Shown here piece after piece: positions 1 to 12,680 of a DNA stretch of 64,000 nt; position 1 is the first letter of the stretch; each line of letters opens with the position of its first letter. Under the pieces are notes generated by a model that made no database searches, had not been told where the DNA came from, and worked only from the letters and a program-made list of their open reading frames with translations. The translations under genes and the position numbers were made by a program. The stretch lies in the NCBI RefSeq assembly GCF_009914755.1, contig NC_060925.1, one strand, 5' to 3'. Origin of the DNA: the human T2T-CHM13v2.0 reference genome, Homo sapiens.

Positions 1-237
1 ACCATTGCATTCCAGCCTGGGTGACAGAGCAAGACTCCCATCTCAAAAAAAAAAAAAAAAAAAAGATGTAATCCAGTGATTGTCACCTATAGAAATGAGA
101 TTAAGCCCCAAAAGAGGGCCTGCTTATATGAGTTTCTGATTTTTACAGTCCTCATTCATGGTGCTAGTGCAGGACAATAGCATTTCCTTGAGATTCATTA
201 GCATCTCTGGCTTCATATACTGGGTTTCCTCTTGCAG

Positions 238-515
238 ATTTGAAGAACCCAAGTGATTCAGCAGTGCACAGCCCCTTTACAAAGCGCCAGGCTTTTACCC
301 CATCTTCAACCATGATGGAGGTGTTCCTTCAGGAGAAGTCACCTGCAGTGGCTACCTCCACAGCTGCACCTCCACCTCCGTCTTCTCCTCTGCCAAGCAA
401 ATCCACATCGGCTCCACAGATGTCGCCTGGATCTTCAGACAACCAGTCCTCTAGCCCTCAGCCGGCTCAGCAGAAACTGAAACAGCAGAAGAAAAAAGCC
501 TCCTTGACTTCTAAG
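238..515 (+). CDS. UBAP2L: UBAP2L internal exon (DLKNPSDSAVHSPF...KKKASLTSK)
   Basis: ttgcag acceptor, AAG|gtact donor; translation matches recalled UBAP2L; phases are consistent with downstream exons. The gene starts upstream of the window. Confidence 0.95.
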
Positions 516-677
516 GTACTTAAACTTTTAGGTAGATACCATTTTATGGCAAGGGGTGTGGGGCTTGAGAATTGAGATTAAAAGGGTAAGTTTGGAAATT
601 TAAAGGGAAGGGTTTTTTTTAGTCTTTAGTAAGGTTGTATTAAAGCCATTACTTTCTCTTCTCCTTCAACTTTATAG

Positions 678-850
678 ATTCCTGCTCTGGCTGTGGAGAT
701 GCCTGGCTCAGCAGATATCTCAGGGCTAAACCTGCAGTTTGGGGCATTGCAGTTTGGGTCAGAGCCTGTCCTTTCTGATTATGAGTCCACCCCCACCACG
801 AGCGCCTCTTCAAGCCAGGCTCCAAGTAGCCTGTATACCAGCACGGCCAG
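678..850 (+). CDS. UBAP2L: UBAP2L exon (IPALAVEMPGSADISGLNLQFGALQFGSEP...), includes the FG-x3-FG G3BP-binding segment
   Basis: tttatag acceptor, CAG|gtagag donor; conserved UBAP2/lingerer DUF segment. Confidence 0.95.
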
Positions 851-1026
851 GTAGAGGAAACATTAACCATAAGACCTCTCTTATTAACCTTTACTACTTT
901 TTTAATCTGTGGGAGATTTCTAGAACTCTGGAGAGGCCAAGCCCCTCTGCATGGCTGAGGGGGAAAGTAGTCAGTCATAGCATTTTTAGTGCTTTAAAAT
1001 ATTGTTATTAGGGTTATCTGTAACTA

Positions 1027-2868
<1,842 letters not shown>

Positions 2869-3096
2869 TAGATGTTTTTTTAAGATTAATTCTTAATTCA
2901 GATCTCTGGCGCTATAGAAGGTAGGGATTCCTAGTGTTATCAGGAGGAAATTTTGGTAGATTCTTCTATTTGTTGCTGAAAAATTTCTTCTTGATTCAAA
3001 TCAAGTTATTCCACTAGTAGATCTCCACGATTTCCTTAGTATGAGTAGATATGCTCTATTTTGTTTCTCTGAGATTTTTCTCTTCGTTACTCACAG

Positions 3097-3286
3097 TGAA
3101 TCATCCTCTACAATTTCATCTAACCAGAGTCAGGAGTCTGGTTATCAGAGCGGCCCAATTCAGTCGACAACCTATACCTCCCAAAATAATGCTCAGGGCC
3201 CTCTTTATGAACAGAGATCCACACAGACTCGGCGGTACCCCAGCTCCATCTCTTCATCACCCCAAAAGGACCTGACTCAGGCAAAG
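3097..3286 (+). CDS. UBAP2L: UBAP2L exon (ESSSTISSNQSQESGYQ...DLTQAK)
   Basis: tcacag acceptor, AAG|gtagtg donor; 190 bp keeps frame. Confidence 0.95.
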
Positions 3287-4032
3287 GTAGTGGCTTCATG
3301 AACCCTTGGGAATTGGTTAGGAGAATAGTGGGCAAAAATTCCTTAAATATTAGTGTTTTACTTTTCAGCAAGTGGTGCTAAGAAACTTTGGAAGTAGTGA
3401 TTGAGAATTTGAAAAAGGCACACATCTGTGGCTAGTGAATTAAAAGTTCTTATCAGCAAACCCGGAGACTGAAGAGCCAGGAAACCATTCTCTTTGTACT
3501 AAAAATTCATTGCCTCTAGTAGAATCAGTCTCAAGTGCCTGTCCTGTCTTCTGGGAAGATGTGATTGCCAGATTTCTGGGTGCGTGTCAGTAGACCTCAC
3601 CTTGCTAAGTCCTGGCATGGTGAGGGAGACAGCATGTGCCAGAGGTGATGTGGAGTGAGTGTCAGATGCAGCCAGCGGAATAGGTGGTGTGGCTGAACTG
3701 TTGTACTTACCCTTCCCCAAAAATCACTGGATGTGGACTTTGGGCCTTTCCTCTATCTGTTTTAGGTTTGGGGTGTCTTCAACAATTTGTAGGGTTTCCT
3801 TCTTTTGCTTTTGGTCACACAGTGTTGGTATATCTCAGTTTTGTTGTTTAATTTTTGTTCCTATTTTGGTTTTTTGGATAGTCTACATTGTATTAATATT
3901 AATCCTTTTGGTTAATTTACAGAGTTTCTCCTAAAGATTTGTTGACCAAAATAAAGCTGCATCAGTGCTAACTTTCCTCATTCACATGAGTTTGTCTGTT
4001 TCTTGCTCTTCTGTTTTTTTTTTTTTTACCAG

Positions 4033-4087
4033 AATGGCTTCAGTTCTGTGCAGGCCACGCAGTTACAGACCACACAATCTGTTGAAG
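4033..4087 (+). CDS. UBAP2L: UBAP2L exon (NGFSSVQATQLQTTQSVE)
   Basis: poly-T tract + accag acceptor, AAG|gtgagt donor. Confidence 0.95.
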
Positions 4088-4348
4088 GTGAGTGTTCTTC
4101 AGGCTTTTCCCCTCCTAAGTTTCTGGTTTTCTATCTTAAAATGGTGATAATCCATTAGTTCCCTTCACTGGACAATTGAGACCCATGCTGTGTAATTCTC
4201 AGCATTAAAGAAAAAAGATTCTACCTAATATAGTCCATTGTTAAATAACTCATCCTTTTGTCTTTGGAACTGCCTTGGACTGTGGTCACCTCTCTATAGA
4301 CATTCCCTTTTTTCTGATGAGAGGAATTCCTTTCTTCTAAATTTCTAG

Positions 4349-4523
4349 GTGCTACAGGCTCTGCAGTGAAATCTGATTCACCTTCCACTTCTAGCATCCC
4401 CCCTCTCAATGAAACGGTATCTGCAGCTTCCTTACTGACGACAACCAATCAGCATTCATCCTCCTTGGGTGGCTTGAGCCACAGTGAGGAGATTCCAAAT
4501 ACTACCACCACACAACACAGCAG
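4349..4523 (+). CDS. UBAP2L: UBAP2L exon (GATGSAVKSDSPSTSSIPPL...TTQHS)
   Basis: ttctag acceptor, CAG|gtgatt donor; frame continuous. Confidence 0.93.
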
Positions 4524-4879
4524 GTGATTTGGGGTGAGGATGGAGGTTGGGGTTGGTGAATAGCAATAACAGAGCTCTCTGGTCCTTATTACTCCCTTGA
4601 CCTGGCAGAGACCACATTAGCCCTGCTTTTGTCGTAAGTGGGTGACCTAAGAACTGTGGGAAGTGAAGACAGAGGAGGCTTGTTTTAATTTTCCCCTTTC
4701 AACATCCACTTTTGCTTTAACTGCTCTCTACCCCTGGCTGGCCATTGTGCTTAACATATGATCTCAGACCTCCTTGGTGTCCCATATTATGTCTTATTTC
4801 CTTGTTATGTTCTTGACTGAAGCTCCAGGTCACGTAACTATAGCACTATGGCTGATGGCAGCCTCTTTTTTTCTGACAG

Positions 4880-4952
4880 CACGTTATCTACGCAGCAGAA
4901 TACCCTTTCATCATCAACATCTTCTGGGCGCACTTCGACATCCACTCTTTTG
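4880..4952 (+). CDS. UBAP2L: UBAP2L exon (TLSTQQNTLSSSTSSGRTSTSTLL)
   Basis: tgacag acceptor, TTG|gtaagt donor. Confidence 0.93.
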
Positions 4953-5544
4953 GTAAGTGTGATGCTGAGAGGGATGTGTGGTTTTCTTACACTTAGAACT
5001 GTCCAACTGTAAGATTGTCCCAAGAGAGAATTATTGAAAATTTCTTCATGAGGTGGCAAAATAATTGATTTGAGGTTGCAGGAAAAGGAGTAAAGGGATG
5101 TTAGGAAGCCAAGAGAGGCAGAAGAATCCCTAAACATTGAGCTCTGGGTCATTCCTAAAAGCCCTGAAAGTGACTTTCTGATTTTTTTCCCCTACTGAAT
5201 ATATAGTTGGGCTTTGTATGCTTTAATAAATTCTGGAAGAACATACCTTTCCAACTGGTAGAGCTGTTCTCTTTCCTTGGTCTTGGGTATGCCCAAGTTC
5301 TGAAAAGAATCAGTGCAAGGCTGGACATTTTTGTGAAAGTAGATGCCAGGTGAGAGCTTTTGGTCCAAGAGTCAATTTTATTGTTTTGATTTGTAACAAC
5401 TATTAATAGAATTAAGCTGAGCCTGTAAAGGGAAGGACCCATTTTGGACAAAAGTATCAGATTTGCCGGAAGCCTGGGGAGGTATGAGGGCTAAGGCTCC
5501 TTTAGGAGTCTCTATTCAAATACACAGTTTCAGATTTAAAGTCA

Positions 5545-5718
<174 letters not shown>

Positions 5719-5721
5719 CTA

Positions 5722-5850
<129 letters not shown>

Positions 5851-6259
5851 TCAGAATTTTTGCTTTTTCCTAGTCCACAAACTGGTCTCAACTAGTAAAG
5901 AAAAGTTGGGGAGAGAAAGCTGTGATATATTTTTTACATCTCAACTCTCTCTGTTCCTTTATCAGCCAGTGTTAGTCTCTGGGGAATCTGTCTCCATTTG
6001 CTTTACTGTCTTTCTGAACAGGATGATGATGTGCAGTGAGTCTGTTACCATTCTTGCCAGATGAGTCTTGAGGAATATGTAGCTGGAGATTATTTCTAAC
6101 TACTTTAGCAGGGTGTACTTTGGTACCTTGCCTACTTGGCCTCTTTAATTAGGAAGTTGACATCATAATATATTCAGCAGGAGGGATTGTCTTATTTTTC
6201 CTGACCTATGATGCTGATCTCTTTTCTTCTTCTCTCTTCCACTGCTCCCCCTTTTGAAG

Positions 6260-6455
6260 CACACAAGTGTGGAGAGTGAGGCGAATCTCCATTCTTCCTC
6301 CAGCACTTTTTCCACCACATCCAGCACAGTCTCTGCACCTCCCCCAGTGGTCAGTGTCTCCTCCAGTCTCAATAGTGGCAGTAGCCTGGGCCTCAGCCTA
6401 GGCAGCAACTCCACTGTCACAGCCTCGACTCGAAGCTCAGTTGCTACGACTTCAG
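6260..6455 (+). CDS. UBAP2L: UBAP2L exon (HTSVESEANLHSSSS...VATTS)
   Basis: tttgaag acceptor, CAG|gtagcc donor; Ser/Thr-rich ORF 6254-6469. Confidence 0.93.
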
Positions 6456-6542
6456 GTAGCCTTGCATAAGCAGATGGCATTCCTCTGGGATGGAGGAGGT
6501 AAGTAATTGTGTGATGGGATAAAAATGTAATTTCTCTTTTAG

Positions 6543-6631
6543 GAAAAGCTCCTCCCAACCTCCCTCCTGGGGTCCCGCCGTTGTTGCCTAATCCGTATAT
6601 TATGGCTCCAGGGCTGTTACATGCCTACCCG
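6543..6631 (+). CDS. UBAP2L: UBAP2L exon (GKAPPNLPPGVPPLLPNPYIMAPGLLHAYP)
   Basis: ttttag acceptor, CCG|gtaagt donor; conserved UBAP2-family motif. Confidence 0.95.
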
Positions 6632-6704
6632 GTAAGTGGGACTAAAGGATCTTCTTCAAAAGGTGAGGATGTTGTGGCTACTCTTTTTATAGCTCTGGCT
6701 TCAG

Positions 6705-6883
6705 ATGGACCCCTGTGAATACCAAAACTTGCACATACTCAAGCCCTGCAGTTGGCTCTGTGGAATCCATGTATATGAGTTTTGCATTCTGTAAATGTGG
6801 CCGTATTTTTGATCTGTGTGTCTGGTTGGAAAAAATTCATATATAAACAGCGTGCAGTTCAAACCTGTGTTAAGGGTCAACTG
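6705..6883. mobile_element. MER2/Tigger-type DNA transposon remnant
   Basis: Ends ...gttcaaacctgtgttaagggtcaactgta, resembling the MER2 terminal repeat. Confidence 0.6.
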
Positions 6884-8173
6884 TAATTAAAATATAAAAT
6901 AAATGAGGGATTGCCACATGTAATCAAACTGGTTTTTAATCTTTGCAGTTTTGGAAAAAATACTAAACTGAGGCCAACCCATCTATTGTGTATCTGCTTT
7001 GGTTTATGGTGCACACATGTATGCATGTGTGTGTGTGCGTACAATGTGTATGTATATGTGTGATGAGAATATCTGCCCTGTTTGAAACACAGCTTCTGGG
7101 CCTCAGAAGCCAAAGGCCAGAATGTTCATCTGGAATCCTTTTTGGTTTCTTAGATAATTATGACTATTATTTTATTTTTTGAGGCAGATCTTGCTCTTTT
7201 ACCCAGGTTGGAGTACAGTGGAACGATCATAGCTAGCTCACTGCAGCCTTGAACTCCTGGGCTCAAGCAATCCTCTCACCTCAGACTCCCCAAGTAGCTA
7301 GGACTACAGGTGTGCATCCCCATGCCTGGCTAAGTTTTAAAAATTTTTTTAGAGACAGGGTCTTCCTATGTTGCCTAGGCTGGTCTCAAAATCCCAGGTT
7401 CAGACAGTCCTCCTGCCTCAGCCTCTCAAATAACTGGGGTTATATATAGGCCTGAGCCACTACTCCTGGCCCCAAGAATTATTTTCTCTGATTTGATTAA
7501 ATCCCTAACTCTGAGTGTGTTTGCTGGTCTGGCCTGGTTAGAGGAAAGTTTCCTGACTCAATCTGGGACTTTGAGAATAAGTGGCTGACATTAGTAGCTT
7601 TTTGCCCTAGTGTATCTTCTGTGACCTTCAAGTATTTGGTACCTATTAAGATGAAGGATATATGGAAACGTTTTAGAAGATACCTGTTCCTGCCCTCATA
7701 GACAAAGTCTAGATAAATTTCATACCGATGACACATCCAAATAACACAGTTACACATTTTTAATTTGTGGTCACTACCTTAAAACCCTGACATTGGAGAA
7801 AAGTGAAGTATTCTTTCCAGAGGAGATTATTTTTAAGCCAGATTTTGAAGAGTATAAGAGACAGAGACTTGTAGAATAGAGAGTAAAACTGGTTGTTCGT
7901 GTATGTTTTGTGTCTACTCTATTGGTATCAAGAAGCCAGCCTACTAGAATCAGTAGTATTTAGCTCAAGGAAAGCTTCAAGACCTTTCATGAATCATTTA
8001 ATCTCTGTGTACTTTACTGCTTTTTCCTTAAATAAAATTGAAGGAAATAATCCGTGTCCTGTTCTAACCCAGAATGAGGATGAATGTTCTGTTGAATTAG
8101 CTTGTCTCTTGGCTCCTTGTTTTGCTAACATCATGACCAGTTCCTGTTATTGCTATATGTCTGTATCTTTCAG

Positions 8174-8227
8174 CCACAAGTATATGGTTATGATGACTTG
8201 CAGATGCTTCAGACAAGATTTCCATTG
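8174..8227 (+). CDS. UBAP2L: UBAP2L exon (PQVYGYDDLQMLQTRFPL)
   Basis: tttcag acceptor, TTG|gtgagt donor; 54 bp. Confidence 0.95.
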
Positions 8228-8923
8228 GTGAGTATGTGGGATAGAGCTTTGGAAAAGAAAGTAGTCTTAAAATTAGTGTTGGGAGAATTATCTCCGTCAC
8301 AGACATAGCTCTTTCCCATCCCAGCCCTCCATACACTCTGATTTAAGGCATATTAGAATATAGGGATTTGGGGGAGGGTTTCCAACAGAAGATAACTTTT
8401 TTTTTTGAGACAGAGTCTTTCTCTGTCGCTCAAGCTGGAGTGCAGTGGTGTGATCTTGGCTCATTGCAACCTCCGCCGCCTGGGTTAAAGCAATTGTCTG
8501 CCTCAGCCTTCCGAGTAGCTGGGATTAAAGGTGCCCACCACCACCCCCAGCTAATTTTTTTTGTATTTTTAGTAGAGGCGGGGTTTCACCATCTTGGCCA
8601 AGCTGGTCTTGAACTCCTGACCTTATGATCCACCCGCCTCTGCCTCCCTAAGTGCTGAGCTTATAGGCATGAGCCGCCGCACCCAGCCTTTTTTTTTTCT
8701 TTTTTTAAATCAGAGTTGTGGCATCTTAGTAAATACATTTTAACCTATTCTATAGCCCAGTAAAGTACTCTGGAGCACTCAGGGTGCTTTCTGTTTGTCC
8801 CAGACACTTTAAATTATCGAATGATCTGTTTTCTCAGTAGAATAAGCTTGGTATAAACTGATAGGGATGACACCTAGAGGGTTGAAAATATTGGTCCTCG
8901 TGGACTTTGATGTATTCTCAAGT

Positions 8924-9059
8924 GGGCATACCCGTAGACCTTGTCTGACTGTGCTCATGGCCAGGCAGGGGGGACAGTGTATGCAAGAGTAATGTGGAGT
9001 TTGTGCTAACTCTAGCCAGCTTAATTAGTGACTGGATAAATTGCACAACTCTCACATTC
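8924..9059 (+). ncRNA. SNORA58B: Intronic H/ACA snoRNA, SNORA58 family
   Basis: Starts GGGCATACCCGTAGACCTTG like recalled SNORA58; H box AGAGTA 8986-8991; ACA box 9054-9056 three nt from the end; ~85 nt upstream of a host acceptor. Confidence 0.88.
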
Positions 9060-9144
9060 TTCTGTTTTTTCCTCCGTGGAAATAGTACTCATGCTGGGGA
9101 ATGAGTGACATTGAATCTCTGCTCTTTTTTCCCCTCTTTTCTAG

Positions 9145-9226
9145 GATTACTACAGCATCCCATTTCCCACACCCACTACTCCGCTGACTGGGAGGGATGG
9201 TAGCCTGGCCAGCAACCCTTATTCTG
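9145..9226 (+). CDS. UBAP2L: UBAP2L exon (DYYSIPFPTPTTPLTGRDGSLASNPYS)
   Basis: ttctag acceptor, CTG|gtagga donor. Confidence 0.95.
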
Positions 9227-10088
9227 GTAGGATTGGGATGGGACTAAATAAATAAAAAGGGAGATAGTGTTGGGATTGATGGCAGACACCTGATTGGTAG
9301 CAAGAAGGGATGTGATAAATCAGGATTGGTAGATTCAAAATCCTGCTAAAGTTGGGCATGTCATGGCTTTTCCTATTCATCCCACTTTGTGTTGTCTCCC
9401 TGTGATTTCTAGATGATATCTTAGCCAGGCATGGTAGCACACACTTGTAGTCTCAGCTACTTGGGAGGCCAAGGTGGGAGAATTGCTTGAGCCCAGGAGT
9501 TCAAGACCAGCCTGGGCAACATAGCAAGACCCCATCTCCAAAAAAAGTGATATCTTGACTTAGTTTCAAGCCATTTGCTAGCTTTTTCCAGGAAATACAG
9601 TGGTTGAGGTGGTCTTCTCTGCTCATCTCTGCCCCTTTATGCTACTACTCACAGTGGCAATCTCACTGCCTTGCCACTCCTTCTTTTACCTGACCTATCA
9701 TTGTCCTCATTGACTTACCGTTTTCCCTGATCCATCGTTGTCCTTCAAGTCCAGCATGGGGTATTCCCCATGGAGGAGAAGAGGGGAGGGAAGAAGAGGG
9801 AAGATGAAAGAGAACACAAGTGGGCAGAGAAATTGTGCAGGTGCCTTATTCCAAGAGCCTCCTGCCATAGCATTGCACAGTTATTCAACATTAGTCCTTG
9901 ACTTGCAGCAACTGTGCTAAGTGTATGCTGAGCAACAATAATTGGAGCCACTAAGAAATGTAATTCAAGGAATTGAACTTTAATAGTCTTTGAACAGGAT
10001 CTCCTGGAATCATGTGAAATCAGAAGAGGTAATTCTGTATTGGTATTGGGGTGAAAGAGGCAGGTACATTTAGCTTCTCCTGTCACAG

Positions 10089-10306
10089 GTGACCTCACAA
10101 AGTTCGGCCGTGGGGATGCCTCCTCCCCAGCCCCGGCCACAACCTTGGCCCAACCCCAACAGAACCAGACGCAGACTCACCATACCACGCAGCAGACATT
10201 CCTGAACCCGGCGCTGCCTCCTGGCTACAGTTACACCAGCCTGCCATACTATACAGGGGTCCCGGGCCTCCCCAGCACCTTCCAGTATGGGCCTGCTGTG
10301 TTCCCT
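10089..10306 (+). CDS. UBAP2L: UBAP2L exon (GDLTKFGRGDASSPAP...YGPAVFP)
   Basis: tcacag acceptor, CCT|gtgagt donor. Confidence 0.95.
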
Positions 10307-10788
10307 GTGAGTACCTGGCTTTGGTCACTCCTTGTGGTGAAGGATCCTAGCCCTGGACACTATCCTAGCTGCTTTTAAGGGTCAATGACTTTAATAATGG
10401 ATGAGGAGGAACAGTTTCCACCTCTGGCCTGTTTTTGGCCTGATGCAGGGTGGTGGGGGAATGGGGCTGGAATTGGTGGAATTAGGATAGGGATTGCCTA
10501 GTCTTAGAATTTGCCAAAGGGAGAATATGATACCATACAGCTTTGCTTCACTCAGATTCATTCATTCCCTGCTGCCATTGTCCCTTTTTCTTCCTCCAAA
10601 CTACCATTTCTTGACTTCATTAGTAGATTCTAGAACAGTTAGTAAGGAGCTAATTTCACTAAGCAAACTGTAGTCAACTTGCATCAGGATAGGTAGCCAT
10701 CTGAATGGCCAGTACCTGGAGCAGGACAAGTGGGACAGATGGTATTCTGCTGCCAAGTCACTGCAAATCTGGCCTTTTTGCTCTTTAG

Positions 10789-10894
10789 GTGGCTCCTACC
10801 TCTTCCAAGCAGCATGGTGTGAATGTCAGTGTGAATGCATCGGCCACCCCTTTCCAACAGCCGAGTGGATATGGGTCTCATGGATACAACACTG
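10789..10894 (+). CDS. UBAP2L: UBAP2L exon (VAPTSSKQHGVNVSVNASATPFQQPSGYGSHGYNT)
   Basis: ctttag acceptor, CTG|gtaagc donor. Confidence 0.95.
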
Positions 10895-12299
10895 GTAAGC
10901 TGACCTTGTCTCTGGCTCGGTGTTATCTGTGGGGTGTTATTGGATAAATTTCAGGGAGGAAGACTTGGTGCTTGAGAAAATGGGATTGGTGAGGGTGTGC
11001 CGCTGCCCCAGGTATGATTGTTAATGCTTGGCTGACTTGGGTATCTGTGGGAGCAGCACCAACAGAGGAGCTTGATACTAGGACATGTGTCCACTATTTG
11101 TGACGGGAATGCCCAAGAGTATGTGTTGGTTTTTAGAATATGTTGGTTGGCCAAAAGTGTGGGTGGAAGTAGGGCAAGGAGCCCCAAGATTTTGCTGAAA
11201 TGTCAGTGGAGGCAAGTGTTAATAGTATGTATGGCACTGATAGTACAAAAGGGGGGTGTATTCACTGAGTAGAAGGATTAAATGGGTTCATAGCTAGCAG
11301 CCTACGATAGGTTTGGCTTAAATCACTTTGTAGCACTACTTTTCTTATGTGTCCTTTTTTATTCCCTAGCTAGAAGACCTAAACTGTGGAGAAAAAGGAG
11401 TAGGCGTGACCATACTTAATAGAGTGGGAATTGGACTGGGAGAGTTGGGCCTTTAGGTTCCTTCATTTGTATGGCTGGTCTCTTTGCAAGTCTTTTTGCA
11501 TATGTGATGGCAGGGAGGGAATTGTAGGAATCCTCTGGATGGGTACTTACCTAAAAGATACTCAGCCTCTCCCTTGCTTCCATACCTGACATCTGTGCTC
11601 TACTTTTGGAGGACAGGGAGTGAGAAGGAATCTTTGAATAATATAATTGTACCTTTTCAGCGACTTGTAGATGAATAGGGGAGGAGTAGGTTTCTCTGAT
11701 TGCTTAGGGTTGGGGATGGGGGTTGTCCTTCAAAGCTGTCAGCTCAGTTACAGTTTCATGGTGATTTGGATAGAGCAGCATGTGTTTTTCACCCTTATGT
11801 GGGCTCTGGGTGGGTCAGTTGCCCACAGTTTTCAATAATTGGGAAGAGCACAGAAGGCAGTAAGGGCTAGGAACTGATAGCCAAGTGGAGCTTTGAACTG
11901 TGCTGCATGAGTTAGAGTGGGTCATGAGTTAAATTAAACAAATCCTGAGAAGCCCCATTGAGATTTAATACATAGACTCCTTGTGGCCACCCCTGTCATT
12001 GAGCAAGGTTCACCCTAAATCTTGGTGGGGAGGATTATAAGCCTTTTGACTTGGAGTGGTGGCCCCTTTCTGAGGACATTAGGTTGAAGTCTTAGTTGGA
12101 CCAGGTTCACGAATTTTAAGAGGTAGGTGATGGATAATATAAGAGAATTGGCATACCTGATTCTAGAAATCCCACCTTCTTGCCTCCCTTCAGAATTCAG
12201 AAACGTATTATATCAGCCCTTGAGAACCCCCAGTTCCCAACCCCACAAAGGGCTTTTGTCATTCCATTCATTTATTTTTATGTATTTGATTCCTTTTAG

Positions 12300-12349
12300 G
12301 AAGAAAATATCCACCCCCTTACAAGCATTTCTGGACGGCTGAGAGCTAA
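12300..12349 (+). CDS. UBAP2L: UBAP2L proximal alternative terminal exon, coding part (GRKYPPPYKHFWTAES*)
   Basis: cttttag acceptor in the correct phase (1), stop TAA, downstream AATAAA; matches the recalled short-isoform C-terminus. Confidence 0.9.
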
Positions 12350-12674
12350 TTTGGCCCAAGGCTGGGGGCTGTGTTTTGTGTGTGTGTATAAATTTGCACT
12401 GAAGTCTTGTTTCAGAAACCAGACCACTGAGGAGAGCCTGCTGAGCTGAGGCCATGGCCTGCGTGGCTTGGGGAAATGAGTTGGTGGATACCTTCTGGGC
12501 TTTTGAACTTGCCCCTCCCCCATTTCCCTCTCCCCCATGTGTCTGACCCTGTCTTACCCATTTCAAGTTCAAGCGGTGCAGCACCTTCGAAGCATCAATG
12601 CACACACCTGCTGTTGCTTTTGATTTCTGGAAGGCATGTAGTTTCAACTTGTAACAAAAATATTTGTAGTCTTC

Positions 12675-12680
12675 AATAAA
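12675..12680 (+). terminator. Polyadenylation signal of the UBAP2L short isoform
   Basis: AATAAA ~325 nt after the stop, with upstream TGTA elements and downstream T/GT-rich sequence. Confidence 0.8.

Noticed and set aside
9592-9713. Possible cryptic UBAP2L exon after tttttccag
   Set aside because: Short pyrimidine tract, no convincing donor or poly(A) signal, no recalled isoform
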